Positions 1-10,296 are shown, counted from the stretch's first letter. The stretch: 64,000 nt of DNA from Lachnospiraceae bacterium (GCA_045121095.1 JBGVFN010000058.1:646-64645), one strand, 5' to 3'. Made by a program: numbers and translations. The notes: generated by a model from the sequence alone, not told the origin.

Positions 1-469
1 TTTGGGCATCGTTAACATGCAAACAAAGCTCCAGTGAAGCTTTGTTTGTAGAGCGAGAGCGTGTCTCCGTGTAATGCAGGTCTGTAATGGAGCCTTCACT
101 ATCTATAATTCTCCAAGTAAAATTCACAATACCCCAGAACCTGCTTCACAAGGTACATAATATCAGAGTTTAACGCTTCTCATGTGGAAATGCAACTGGA
201 AATTCTTTTTTACAATTTCTTCCATAATCATGCTCTGCTAATTCATAACAGTTCAGCAGACATTCATAATTTCCTGCGAAATAGTTAAAAAATTCTTAAA
301 AATTGCGTATCCCCTTTTTTATTGCATAGAGAAAAAGATATTGTTATACTTAACCTAACAAATTTCCCATTTATGCAAAGGGATTTGTGAGTATTCCCAT
401 CTGCAGGAAGCTTTGCAGATCTATTACCATCATCTGCTTTGCTAAAGCGTGTTTGAAAAAGGAGGACTT

Positions 470-2026
470 ATGAAAACAAAAAAATTATTTTCCTGTCTGC
501 TGGCAGGTCTGCTCTGCTGCTGTCTGCTTCTGACCGGCTGTTCCAGCAAAAGTGATACCATGTTTTCTGCCATGAAAAAAATTTATCGGATTTCATCCTG
601 TGAATTTAATACCCAGGCGGATATTACCTTTCAGATGGAAGGCGAAGAAATCCCCCTTAGCCTTACCCTGGATGGAATGACCGATAAAGATTCCATGTGC
701 GCTGATATGACTGTTGGTATGGGAGCTCTCAGCTTTACAATGGATGATTTTATACGCATGACAGATGGAATCATATATATAAATCTTTCTTCACTGGTTT
801 CCATTCCCATGGTTGGCGATTATCTGGAGGAAACCAGTGACTGGGTTTCCATTCCTGCCACACAAATGAATGACGATACCCGTTCCCTTTATTTTGATTT
901 TTATGATGTTATGATCGATGCTCTTGAAAATTCCTGCAGGAACCAGACCATTTCCCAGGAAAATGATACCTGGACTCTGGAAATCCCCGGTGAAAAACTG
1001 GCTTCCTTTGCTCAGGCAGTCCTGGAGCAGATCAATACCAATTTTTCTGACTGGTATGACCTTTACGTAGAGCTGTTGGAAAAATCCGGAAGCGGTGAGA
1101 TGTTAAAGGATTATGCGGCTCTGTCCGGAGAAGAGACCGAAGAAGATCCCGTTCAGACATTAAAAGATGGAAAAGAAGATGCTTTAGCAGAATGGGAAGA
1201 AATGTATCCTTCTTTGAAAGAATCTCTTGCTGAAATGGAAGAAGCTATTTCAAATGGTGAAACCACAGCTTCTGCCTCTTATCAGGTTTCTCTTACCGGA
1301 AAAGATGGTTCACGTCAGGCTTCTCAGGTTCTGGATTTTAACCTGACAGAAACAGAAACCTCTGAATTTATTACATGTTCCATGAATCACGAAATGAAAG
1401 AGATTTCAAAAGTGGAGGTGGAAGCACCTGCCCAGGATCAGGTAATGTCCTTTGAAGAATTCATGGAAGCTTATGAGGAATCCATGTCCAGTTACTATGA
1501 CTATGATTATGACGACGATATGGATATTTCCTATTATGAAACCTTGTCTGATGAAGAATATAATGCCATCCTGTCTAATTTGGGAGAAAACCAGATTTAT
1601 CTGTACAACAGCATCGAAGAAGATCTGGAACCTTATGTGCTGACTTATGACGCAGATCTGTACAGCGTAGAAGAACCGATTGGCGATTATTCTCTGTATC
1701 TGGATATCACAGGAACCGATTCCTATGTGAATGTAGCATATGATTCTGGTGTTTTAACTGATGATTTAACAGAATATTATCTGGAAGAAGGGCAGACAAC
1801 TGCTGAATTATCCACTGACATTGGTACCATCATCTATTCCACCGCATCAGAAGCAGATGGCTGGGGCTATATCACCACCACTTTCGGTATGCAGCTGGAT
1901 GATGATTCCTATCTGATCGGCCTGCTAGACATGGATTCCAGCACCAAACAGGATGTGGAAACCTGCCTGAAAAAGCTGTTAAAAGAATTGAAACCCTATG
2001 AGGGAAATGACAGCACTTCTTTATAA
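470..2026 (+). CDS. Secreted acidic lipoprotein, function unknown
   Basis: ORF 449..2026 trimmed to ATG 470 (AAGGAGGA upstream). Signal peptide ends in lipobox LLTGC. D/E/Y-rich (YYDYDYDDDMD). No catalytic motif recognised. Confidence 0.6.
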   Translation: MKTKKLFSCLLAGLLCCCLLLTGCSSKSDTMFSAMKKIYRISSCEFNTQADITFQMEGEEIPLSLTLDGMTDKDSMCADMTVGMGALSFTMDDFIRMTDGIIYINLSSLVSIPMVGDYLEETSDWVSIPATQMNDDTRSLYFDFYDVMIDALENSCRNQTISQENDTWTLEIPGEKLASFAQAVLEQINTNFSDWYDLYVELLEKSGSGEMLKDYAALSGEETEEDPVQTLKDGKEDALAEWEEMYPSLKESLAEMEEAISNGETTASASYQVSLTGKDGSRQASQVLDFNLTETETSEFITCSMNHEMKEISKVEVEAPAQDQVMSFEEFMEAYEESMSSYYDYDYDDDMDISYYETLSDEEYNAILSNLGENQIYLYNSIEEDLEPYVLTYDADLYSVEEPIGDYSLYLDITGTDSYVNVAYDSGVLTDDLTEYYLEEGQTTAELSTDIGTIIYSTASEADGWGYITTTFGMQLDDDSYLIGLLDMDSSTKQDVETCLKKLLKELKPYEGNDSTSL

Positions 2027-2079
2027 TTTTCTTTATAATTTTATAATAAAGTACCTTACTTACGGAGAATCTTATTTTT

Positions 2080-4446
2080 ATGACCTTACCGATTCAAATT
2101 ATTCCCACCTGCGGCCGCAACAACTGCGGCAGCAGGTGTTTACTTTATGCCCATGTGCAAAATGGGAAAATTCTGAAAATGACCACGGATACGTCTTCCG
2201 GCACAGATACAGAGCCTCCTTTAACAGCCTGTGTCCGCGGCCTGAATTATCACAAAACCTATCTTGGCAATGACCGGCTGCGAACACCCCTGAAACGGAT
2301 TGGGGAACGGGGCGAAGGGAAATTTGTCCCTATTACATGGGAAGAAGCCATTGACTGGCTCACCCGGGAATGGATTCGTATCCGCGACACCTGGGGTCCG
2401 TCCTCCCGTTACGTAAATTACAGCTGGGGAATCAGCGCACTCATGCGCCCGAACGGTCTGGCAAAGCGGCTCCTTGCTCTGGATGGGGGCTTTCTGGATT
2501 ATTACGGCTCCTACAGCACCGGCTGCACTTCCTACACCACGCCTTACCTGTATGGTACCAACAATACGGGAAACAGCATGTATGACCTGGAAAATTCCAG
2601 TGCCATTTTGCTTTGGGGACATAATCCTCAGGAAACCGGCTTCGATCACATGATGTATTTTCTGAAAAAAGCCCGCAAAAAAGGGATTCCCATCTTCTGT
2701 ATCGACCCCCGGCGCAGTGATACGGTGCGGGTATTGGATGCAGAATGGATCCCCATCCGCCCTGCTTCTGATGCCGCCCTTATGGACGCCATGGCCTACG
2801 TCATTATTACCGAAAAACGTTATGATGAAGATTTCATTCACCGCTGCTGCATAGGATTTACAGCTGACACCATGCCCCAAAACGCCAATCCTCAGGATAA
2901 TTACTTTTCTTACATCCTTGGCGAACAGGATCACATCCCCAAAACACCAGTCTGGGCAGAAGCCATCACAGGTGTTTCGGCAGATACCATTATCCGTCTG
3001 GCACGAATTTATGCCTCCGGAGAATCTACAGCAAATGTATCCCGCAGCTCAGCGACCACATCAACTGTAAAGTCTATTGACAGCTCAGCGACCGCATCAG
3101 CTGTAAAGTCTGTTGACAGCCGGGCTGCCAAATCCATCTCCAAACCCGCAGCCGCTCTCATTCCCGGCTACGGCATGCAGCGCCACGCCAACGGAGAACA
3201 GGCTGTAAGAGGTGCCATTGCGCTGGCTTGTCTCACCGGCAATGTGGGACGCAGCGGCGGCTGGGCAGCCGGTCCCGGCTACTGCCCCACTCACGCCCAG
3301 CCCTCCATGCTCCATGTGGAAAATCCGGTCAAATCCAGCATTTCCTTCTTTACCTGGACGGATGCAGTAGACCACGGTTCGGAAATGACTTTCAAGGATG
3401 GCGTAAAGGGTGCAGATAAACTGGACAGCAGTATTAAAATGATTCTGAATCTGGGGGGTAATTCACTGATCAACCAGCACAGCGATATCAACCGCACCGC
3501 CGCTATTTTAAAGGATACCTCCAAATGTGAATTTATTGTCTGCAGCGACCTGTTCATGACCTCCAGTGCCCGTTTCGCAGACCTTTTGCTGCCTTCTATT
3601 TCTCTGTTGGAGATGGATAATATCACCACTCCATGGGAAACCGGCAATTTCATTGGTTTTAACAATAAAATCGTAGAACCCCTCCATGAAGGCCGATTTG
3701 AATACGACTGGCTGAAAGAAGTGGCACGAAATCTGAACCTGTATGAAGCGTTTACAGAAGGACACGAAACTACAGAGGACTGGCTCAGACACCTGTACGC
3801 CCGGCTTCAGACCGAGGAACCAGAGCTTCCTTCCTATGAAAATCTGAAAAAATTTGGTGTTTATCGTTATAAAAATACGCCAAAAACCATCGCATTTGCC
3901 AAACAGCGGCAGGATATTGAGAAATATCCTTTCCCCACCCCCTCCGGAAAGGTGGAAATCTACAGTTCCCGGCTGGCTGCGGAGCAAAATCCCGCCATTC
4001 CTCCCATTCCGGGCTATGTACCTGCCAGCGAAGGCTTTGGTTCTCCCCTACAGAAAACCTGGCCGCTGCAGCTAATCGGCTGGCATACCAAAAGAAGATG
4101 CCACTCTATCCACGATAACAACCGGGAAATGGACCGTCTGGATCCCCAGACCCTCCGCATGCATCCCAAAGATGCCGTTTCCCGTGGAATCCAGGATGGC
4201 GATACCGTACTTATTTTTAATAGCCGCGGGCAGATTCAGATGCCCGTACAACTAACCGAAGACATTATCCCCGGCTGCGTTGCCATTTCCCAGGGAGCCT
4301 GGTATACACCGGATAAAAACGGAACCGACCTGCGGGGAAGCATTAATGTGCTGACCTCCCTTACACCAACACCGCTGGCAAAATCCAACCCCCAGCATAC
4401 AAATCTGGTGGAAGTTCAACCCCTTTCATCCGCTATGCCTACCTAG
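2080..4446 (+). CDS. Molybdopterin oxidoreductase, DMSO-reductase family, DmsA-like catalytic subunit (cytoplasmic, orphan)
   Basis: 788 aa. N-terminal Cys cluster CGRNNCGSRC resembles the DmsA Fe-S motif CTVNCGSRC. Family-typical length and blocks. No twin-arginine leader and no adjacent DmsB/DmsC-like genes. Confidence 0.75.
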   Translation: MTLPIQIIPTCGRNNCGSRCLLYAHVQNGKILKMTTDTSSGTDTEPPLTACVRGLNYHKTYLGNDRLRTPLKRIGERGEGKFVPITWEEAIDWLTREWIRIRDTWGPSSRYVNYSWGISALMRPNGLAKRLLALDGGFLDYYGSYSTGCTSYTTPYLYGTNNTGNSMYDLENSSAILLWGHNPQETGFDHMMYFLKKARKKGIPIFCIDPRRSDTVRVLDAEWIPIRPASDAALMDAMAYVIITEKRYDEDFIHRCCIGFTADTMPQNANPQDNYFSYILGEQDHIPKTPVWAEAITGVSADTIIRLARIYASGESTANVSRSSATTSTVKSIDSSATASAVKSVDSRAAKSISKPAAALIPGYGMQRHANGEQAVRGAIALACLTGNVGRSGGWAAGPGYCPTHAQPSMLHVENPVKSSISFFTWTDAVDHGSEMTFKDGVKGADKLDSSIKMILNLGGNSLINQHSDINRTAAILKDTSKCEFIVCSDLFMTSSARFADLLLPSISLLEMDNITTPWETGNFIGFNNKIVEPLHEGRFEYDWLKEVARNLNLYEAFTEGHETTEDWLRHLYARLQTEEPELPSYENLKKFGVYRYKNTPKTIAFAKQRQDIEKYPFPTPSGKVEIYSSRLAAEQNPAIPPIPGYVPASEGFGSPLQKTWPLQLIGWHTKRRCHSIHDNNREMDRLDPQTLRMHPKDAVSRGIQDGDTVLIFNSRGQIQMPVQLTEDIIPGCVAISQGAWYTPDKNGTDLRGSINVLTSLTPTPLAKSNPQHTNLVEVQPLSSAMPT
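3045..3120 (+). repeat. In-frame 36-bp tandem duplication (2.1 copies) inside the Mo-oxidoreductase gene
   Basis: cagctcagcgaccacatcaactgtaaagtctattga followed by cagctcagcgaccgcatcagctgtaaagtctgttga. Encodes SSATTSTVKSID-SSATASAVKSVD. Confidence 0.9.
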
Positions 4447-4530
4447 TAAAAGTGCAGTGCCCCTGTAAAGACTAAAACTGTATCAAACACGCTCTAGGCT
4501 GGAGGACAAAAAAGTACGGCATAAACACGT

Positions 4531-5058
4531 TCAAGCCACCATCCCCGTAACAACCACTGCCGCTAATATTCCTGCACCGGTGCATAAAAGCGCCCCGGGC
4601 AGGATCCAGCGGCTTTTTTGAATTCCCACATGGGTAAGATACAGAGACATTACAAATAAAACCGTCTCAGCAGATGATGCAATTACCGCCGCCAGCATGC
4701 CGATATAGGAATCCGGCCCGAAATTTTCAAACAAATCCAGCAAAATTCCCGTTGCAGCAGAAGCAGAAAACATCTTAACCAAAACCAATGGCAGGACCTC
4801 TGCAGGTATTTTCAAAAGAACCGCCACCGGCTCCAGCAATCCGGCGATCAGATCCAGCAATCCGCTGTCCCGCAGGACTTTCACCGCCGCCAAAAGTCCA
4901 ATTAAAGTCGGTAAAATCTCCGCCACAGTCTTTAGCCCCCGTCTGGCTCCCCGCACGAAGATATCAAATACCGGACATCCCTCAAGCCATCCATAGGCCA
5001 CGATCCAGCAGATAACAAGAGGCATACAGAAATCAGAAAGAAATAAAATCAGCTTCAT
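4531..5058 (-). CDS. spmB: Spore maturation protein B-like nucleoside-recognition (Gate) domain membrane protein
   Basis: 175 aa polytopic protein. Recognisably similar to B. subtilis SpmB (..GPDSYIG.. block, overall hydrophobic pattern). Confidence 0.65.
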   Translation of the reverse strand: MKLILFLSDFCMPLVICWIVAYGWLEGCPVFDIFVRGARRGLKTVAEILPTLIGLLAAVKVLRDSGLLDLIAGLLEPVAVLLKIPAEVLPLVLVKMFSASAATGILLDLFENFGPDSYIGMLAAVIASSAETVLFVMSLYLTHVGIQKSRWILPGALLCTGAGILAAVVVTGMVA

Positions 5059-5132
5059 ACTGAACTATATTCTTTTTGAAAATTCTATATGCCTCATTAG
5101 AAGGAAATATTTATGTTTTTACATATAATATC

Positions 5133-5672
5133 CTATTTAAAAAATGCACAGGATACGTACGCCAGCGTGTTCGGTCCATAGTAATAAGTCAGTTCATTTG
5201 CCTTACATACCTCGCTGACGAACATGCCATATGCCTCCATGGAAGAGGTCTTTTTCATGGGAAAACGGCAGGGCTCATCGGGATAACTGCACTTTTTACA
5301 AACGGAACAGACCCCTCCCAGAACCAGACAATCGGGGTGAAGTGCCCTTGCTTTATCTACAAATTCTGCCACATGTTTTTTGTGTTCTACCTCAATTTCC
5401 ATCATACTTTCAAAGTCCATGGAGTCCTCCAGCACACCCTGTGTCTGCAACAAAATTCCATATGAATACTCCTGCAGCTCTGCCCAGCATTCTTCCAGTG
5501 TTCCACAGGCAGGCGGGCAGCTCCAGCTGGTGTCATACGCGTGACATTTGTTTTTTGCACAGGCATCACGCACCTCAGGATGCAGAATGATCGTTTCCAT
5601 AGCCAGTGGCGCCATCCCTGTAAATCCGCTTTCTTTTGCTTTTTCCATTAGTAAATTCAAATCATTTGCCAT
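5133..5672 (-). CDS. DUF2284-type Cys-rich metal-binding protein
   Basis: 179 aa with a CPPACGTLEEC-type Cys cluster and further conserved Cys. This family is commonly linked to corrinoid methyltransferase loci. Confidence 0.6.
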   Translation of the reverse strand: MANDLNLLMEKAKESGFTGMAPLAMETIILHPEVRDACAKNKCHAYDTSWSCPPACGTLEECWAELQEYSYGILLQTQGVLEDSMDFESMMEIEVEHKKHVAEFVDKARALHPDCLVLGGVCSVCKKCSYPDEPCRFPMKKTSSMEAYGMFVSEVCKANELTYYYGPNTLAYVSCAFFK

Positions 5673-5718
5673 TTTTTAGTTCTCCTTTATACCTTAATCT
5701 GTCCTACTCCTGCTAACG

Positions 5719-5803
5719 CAGCAGTTCAGCCTTGCCGGACTGCCTTGAATAAATTCAGCAGGTATTCATAATTTCTTTCAGAAATTATTCATTTGGCTAA
5801 ATA
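5719..5803. repeat. REP-like element (GTTCAGC family), degenerate copy
   Basis: gcagttcagccttgccggactgccttgaataaattcagcaggtattcataatttctttcagaaattattcatttggctaaatag. About 85% identical to 59211..59300. Its end supplies the TAG stop of the RACo gene. Confidence 0.8.
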
Positions 5804-7602
5804 GTTTCCGGAAACTCCATCATATCCACAAAAGTATCCTGGAAATCTGGATGTGTTGCCAGTTCCAGGAATTCACAATTTTCAGAAATCCTCTGGCAGC
5901 GTTTGTATTCTTCAAAATTCAAAGCAGCAATTTTTGCACCTTCACCTGCTGCATTTCCAATGGGTACGATCCGTTTTTCCAGCTCACCGGGTATCATACC
6001 GATACCGCAGGCGCTGTGAGGTGCCATATAGTTGCCAAATGCTCCGGCAATCATAACCTTTTTAATGTCTCCGATTTCCACGCCCAGAGTGTCCGCCATC
6101 AGAGCCACACCTGCTGCCATGGCACTTTTGGCCAGCTGCACCTCTCGAATGTCTTTCTGACTCAGATAAACCGGCTGTCCATTTCCACTTTCGGAAGCAT
6201 CTGCCAGTAAAAATGCCTTCATACCGGATTCCAGTCTTATGATCTGAGACGCACACGCCAGCGCTTCTTCTGTTTCCAGCTCATCCTCATCCACCATGCG
6301 GCCCATTTCGTCCATAATACCGGTTTCCAACAGAAAAGTTACAATATCCATCAGGCCGGAACCACAGATTCCTACAGGCTTTCCACCACCAATCACACTG
6401 CACACCAGCTTGCCGTCTTCCCATTTTACATGGTCAATGGCCCCTTTTGCGCCGCGCATACCACAGGAAATCTTAGCGCCCTCAAAAGCAGGGCCAGCTG
6501 CTGTGGAACAGGCAATATAACGGTCTTTATTTCCCATAACCATCTCACCGTTGGTACCAATATCAATGACAAGAGATAATTCTTCCAATGTATCAAATTC
6601 TGTTGCCAGCAGCACACCAATGGTATCTGCACCCACAAATCCGGCAATATTGGGCAGCAGCATCACCTTTCCCTGAGGGAAAATCTGCATTTCCACATCG
6701 GAAGCATTTAACATCAGTCCCTCACTAATGGTAGGATTATACGGTGCATGCACCAGCGCTTTAGGAGAAACACCAGCAAACAAATGGTGCATACAGGTAT
6801 TTCCAACCACAGAAATCATATAAACTGATTCCCTGGAAATACCGGCCTTTTTCACTGCCTTTTCAATCAGTTCATTTAAAGCCTCATGGACCAGACCGCT
6901 TAATTTATCCACACCCTCTGAAATAGCATAATTACTGCGCTCAATAACATCCGCTCCATACTGAGACTGGGGATTTAACATGCTGGCAACCGCAGCTTCT
7001 TCTCCCGTGGCAATATTCAAAAGATATCCAACAATTGTTGTAGTACCAATGTCAAATGCCATAACATAAACCGGGTCATCCGCGGGCCGCAGATCCAGGA
7101 TCTCATTACCGCAAAGAACCACATTCAGGCTGTATCCGTTGTCATTTAAAATCTGATACAGACTGGAAACCAGCTTCATATTGGCAGGAATTGCCGCTTC
7201 TTCCAGTCCTGCCGCCTCTGCAACCGCCATTTTCAGACGTTTCCAGTCTGACAGATTACCGCCCAGCTCACATTTGGGCACGGTCACATTCACACTGCGG
7301 ATTGCAGAAGCAATTTTCATTTTCCGCTGTACGCCCTCCAGTAAAATAGAATGGCCGCCTCCCGACTGCAGATTTACGGTCATGGAGCCAGTTACTTTTG
7401 TGGCACATGCCTTCTGCACACCTGCAGGCACACCTTCTCCACACTCTGTAATATTGACCAGACATTTGCCGCAGGTTCCTTTACCGCCACAGGGTGCATC
7501 AGGATGCAGTCCCGCCTGAATCTGTGCCTCCAGCAGATTGGTTCCTTCTTCTACCAGAATTTCCACATCCTGAGGCAAAAATCTCACTTTGTATTTACTC
7601 AT
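5797..7602 (-). CDS. Corrinoid activation/regeneration protein (RACo-like: N-terminal 2Fe-2S ferredoxin plus ASKHA ATPase domain)
   Basis: ORF 5797..7668 trimmed to MSKYKVRF (GGAGAAAAAGG RBS). CGGKGTCGKC plant-type ferredoxin motif, then a large ASKHA-like domain. Confidence 0.8.
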   Translation of the reverse strand: MSKYKVRFLPQDVEILVEEGTNLLEAQIQAGLHPDAPCGGKGTCGKCLVNITECGEGVPAGVQKACATKVTGSMTVNLQSGGGHSILLEGVQRKMKIASAIRSVNVTVPKCELGGNLSDWKRLKMAVAEAAGLEEAAIPANMKLVSSLYQILNDNGYSLNVVLCGNEILDLRPADDPVYVMAFDIGTTTIVGYLLNIATGEEAAVASMLNPQSQYGADVIERSNYAISEGVDKLSGLVHEALNELIEKAVKKAGISRESVYMISVVGNTCMHHLFAGVSPKALVHAPYNPTISEGLMLNASDVEMQIFPQGKVMLLPNIAGFVGADTIGVLLATEFDTLEELSLVIDIGTNGEMVMGNKDRYIACSTAAGPAFEGAKISCGMRGAKGAIDHVKWEDGKLVCSVIGGGKPVGICGSGLMDIVTFLLETGIMDEMGRMVDEDELETEEALACASQIIRLESGMKAFLLADASESGNGQPVYLSQKDIREVQLAKSAMAAGVALMADTLGVEIGDIKKVMIAGAFGNYMAPHSACGIGMIPGELEKRIVPIGNAAGEGAKIAALNFEEYKRCQRISENCEFLELATHPDFQDTFVDMMEFPETI

Positions 7603-9187
7603 CCTTTTTCTCCTTTCTCTCCAGCAATTTATAGGACAAAAGAATATGAAGCAGTTCATCCGGATCATTCATTTTCACAGAAATCAGACTCTCAATCCGC
7701 TCCATCCTTCTAATAAAAGTTGTCCGATGTATGTATAGTTTCTGCGCCGCCTCCGACGCATTAAATTGATGCATAATGTAATAGTACAACGTCTTTACAA
7801 ACTCCGTTTCATACTCTTCATCATATGCCTGCAGCTTCTGCAGACCTTCATGGGCCAGCTGTTCCGGTGAAAACAGCGTGGTCGTCTGATTCATCATATA
7901 ATCCAGCGTATATTCCCTGAATGTATACACCCATCTGTAGGAATCCTTTTTATTGCCAATCTCCAGAGCAATATCTGCCTGACGCCGGTAATTACTAAGC
8001 AAAGTAAAATCATGAAAACGGTTACTGATACCCGCTTTACAGCCAAAATCACGGATGAGATATGTTACATTGCTGTAAAAATCTTCTTTTGTGCGGATTT
8101 TCCTCTCCCGGGTATAATTAATGATCCAGATAATTTCCCGATCCGTACGGAAAGTACAGGAGTATTCAAACATCCGCTCCAGCTGCTGGCACAGATAAGG
8201 AGCTCCCTGTTCAAACTCCCGGGCACCAAAAATCTGGAGTACGATCAGCTGGTATTCATCATTGCGATGCCAGTTATACATACTAAGAGCCTGAAAATCC
8301 ACCTCAAAATCCTTGCGTCTGGGATGGAACAGGTATTTTTTGAACAGATGATGCAGGACATCATCCTGATTTTCTGCTGGATAACGACGCAGATTATTCA
8401 AATACAGATTTTCCACATATTTTACGAAACTGGAAAACAGCTGATGAATACCGGAATGCACATGATGTTCCGGAATCCTCATAAGAATTCTGGCAGAATA
8501 TTCCCCGGAAAACCGCATATTATAGCAAAGCAGATTATTTTCAGCTGGCCTGGGCGGATAAACAAAAACTGTTTTTTCCTCTTCTGCATTCAGATAATCA
8601 TCATTCTGAAGCAATTCTTTAATATCCTGCTGACTCATTTGATGATCTACCATACGATTCCGCATCTCCGGAAAGTACTGAAAATAATCTTCTGTACAGC
8701 CCAACATCACAAAATTCCTGTCAAATACAGCCAAAGGAAGTCCGATGACTTTTCTCCCTTCGCTCAACAGATCCTGCATCTGAATCTGCTCCTGCTCGCA
8801 GCTTTCCTGCAGCTGTGCCTCCCACATATGAAGAGCACAAAACAGATCTACCAGTTCTTCCAGCAGATCTTCCTCGAATTCCACATCACAGATATAAAGA
8901 ACATCCAGTACCTTTTTCTTCCCCTCCATGAGTGTTCTCCAGTATTCATTTTGCTCCCTGGTTCCTTTACCCCATGCAACAAAAGCACATTCCGTCAGTT
9001 TGATTAAAGGGTGGGCTGTCAGCTCCCCCAGCCGCTCCACAGGAATGCTGTACAACTGCCGTCTTTCCACCTGCCCCCGATACCGTTTTACCGACACCAA
9101 AGGCGCATCAAAATACGCATCCTGATTTTCTTTCATCCGATGTTTTTGCGAAAGCAAATACGCAATTTCGCTGAATGTAATATTCAT
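7595..9187 (-). CDS. PucR-family transcriptional regulator
   Basis: 530 aa with a C-terminal PucR-type HTH (LYIHRTTFIRRMERIE). Its stop overlaps the RACo start by 8 nt. Confidence 0.7.
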   Translation of the reverse strand: MNITFSEIAYLLSQKHRMKENQDAYFDAPLVSVKRYRGQVERRQLYSIPVERLGELTAHPLIKLTECAFVAWGKGTREQNEYWRTLMEGKKKVLDVLYICDVEFEEDLLEELVDLFCALHMWEAQLQESCEQEQIQMQDLLSEGRKVIGLPLAVFDRNFVMLGCTEDYFQYFPEMRNRMVDHQMSQQDIKELLQNDDYLNAEEEKTVFVYPPRPAENNLLCYNMRFSGEYSARILMRIPEHHVHSGIHQLFSSFVKYVENLYLNNLRRYPAENQDDVLHHLFKKYLFHPRRKDFEVDFQALSMYNWHRNDEYQLIVLQIFGAREFEQGAPYLCQQLERMFEYSCTFRTDREIIWIINYTRERKIRTKEDFYSNVTYLIRDFGCKAGISNRFHDFTLLSNYRRQADIALEIGNKKDSYRWVYTFREYTLDYMMNQTTTLFSPEQLAHEGLQKLQAYDEEYETEFVKTLYYYIMHQFNASEAAQKLYIHRTTFIRRMERIESLISVKMNDPDELLHILLSYKLLERKEKKDE

Positions 9188-9375
9188 TTTCCCAACTCCT
9201 CAAATTATATCGGCATTTTTTACAGTTTTTTTGAAATTTCAGCCCCGCAAACAGCATTTTTGTATTTTTCATAGTACCACAGACCTAAATATTTGTAAAA
9301 TGTTTTGTTCGCATTCAAAAACATGCGCGCTACATTTTGTAGCTTAACTTTGCAAAAACAGCAACATTATAAGAA

Positions 9376-9404
9376 TTTACGAATTCCTCTTCCCTGCGTA
9401 TAAT
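9376..9404 (+). promoter_or_regulatory. Putative sigma-A promoter of the MT-II/corrinoid protein operon
   Basis: TTTACG, 17 nt spacer, TATAAT, about 80 nt upstream of the 9487 start. Confidence 0.4.
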
Positions 9405-9486
9405 GAAACCACAATCACAGTTCAAAGGGGATTGCGAAACATAAAAAGATATAAAAAGAGGTTTTCAAAAAGGAGGATTTCAGCAA

Positions 9487-10296
9487 ATGATCATTATTGG
9501 TGAGAAAATCAATGGTTCCATTCCGTCTATGGGCAAAGCAATCGCAGAAAGAAACGAAGAGTACATCAAAGAAATCGCAAGAAAACAGGATGAAGCTGGC
9601 GCTACATATATCGACGTTTGTGCTTCTGTAGCAGAAGACGTTGAGGTAGAAACCATGAAATGGCTGATCGACCTGGTACAGAGCGTAAGTGATCTGCCCA
9701 TCGCAGTAGACAGCCCCAGTGCAGAAGTAATCGCTGAAGCTTACAAATTCTGCAACAAACCTGGTATCCTGAACTCCGTATCCGGTGAAGGCAACAAGAT
9801 GGACGTTCTTTTCCCTATCATGAAAGAAAATCCTGAATGGGAATGTGTTGCTCTGTTAAGTGATGATACTGGTATTCCGCAGTCCGCAGAAGACCGCTTA
9901 AAAGTATTCGATAAGATCATGGCAAAAGCGAAAGAGTACGATATTGCTCCCAGCCGTCTGCACATCGATCCCCTGATCGAAATGCTGTGCACTTCCGAAG
10001 ATGGTATCTCCATGGTTATTGAAGTAATGACCACGATCAAAGAACAGTATCCCGATATCCATATTACCGGTGCTGTATCCAACATTTCTTTCAACCTGCC
10101 CGTTCGTAAGATCCTGAATCAGGCATTTACCGTTCTGGCTATGAACGCTGGTCTGGACAGCGCGATCTTTGATCCGTTAAACAGAGACCTGATGGGTATG
10201 ATCTACGCAACAGAAGCTATGCTGGGTCTGGATGACTACTGCATGGAATACATCGGCGCTTACAGAGAAGGCCTGATCGGACCTGTTCAGCAGTAA
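9487..10296 (+). CDS. Methyltetrahydrofolate:corrinoid methyltransferase (pterin-binding, MT-II type)
   Basis: 269 aa. Starts MIIIGEKINGS... as pterin-binding/AcsE/MtrH-like TIM-barrel proteins do. AGGAGGA RBS. Confidence 0.8.
   Translation: MIIIGEKINGSIPSMGKAIAERNEEYIKEIARKQDEAGATYIDVCASVAEDVEVETMKWLIDLVQSVSDLPIAVDSPSAEVIAEAYKFCNKPGILNSVSGEGNKMDVLFPIMKENPEWECVALLSDDTGIPQSAEDRLKVFDKIMAKAKEYDIAPSRLHIDPLIEMLCTSEDGISMVIEVMTTIKEQYPDIHITGAVSNISFNLPVRKILNQAFTVLAMNAGLDSAIFDPLNRDLMGMIYATEAMLGLDDYCMEYIGAYREGLIGPVQQ

Noticed and set aside
20-48. Hairpin caaacaaagct-ccagtga-agctttgtttg as a terminator, and a possible gene in 1..448.
   Set aside because: There is no flanking T-run on either strand. Only a 20-codon ORF is present. 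This is insufficient evidence for either call.
2221-2934. 237-aa minus-strand ORF, with similar antisense ORFs at 3291..3987, 49009..50293, 59552..60160 and 60626..61183.
   Set aside because: All are nested antisense inside well-supported conserved genes and show no recognisable motifs.
8012-9007. 331-aa plus-strand ORF.
   Set aside because: It lies entirely antisense within the PucR regulator gene. The sequence is low-complexity F/I/L-rich with no RBS. It is a shadow ORF.
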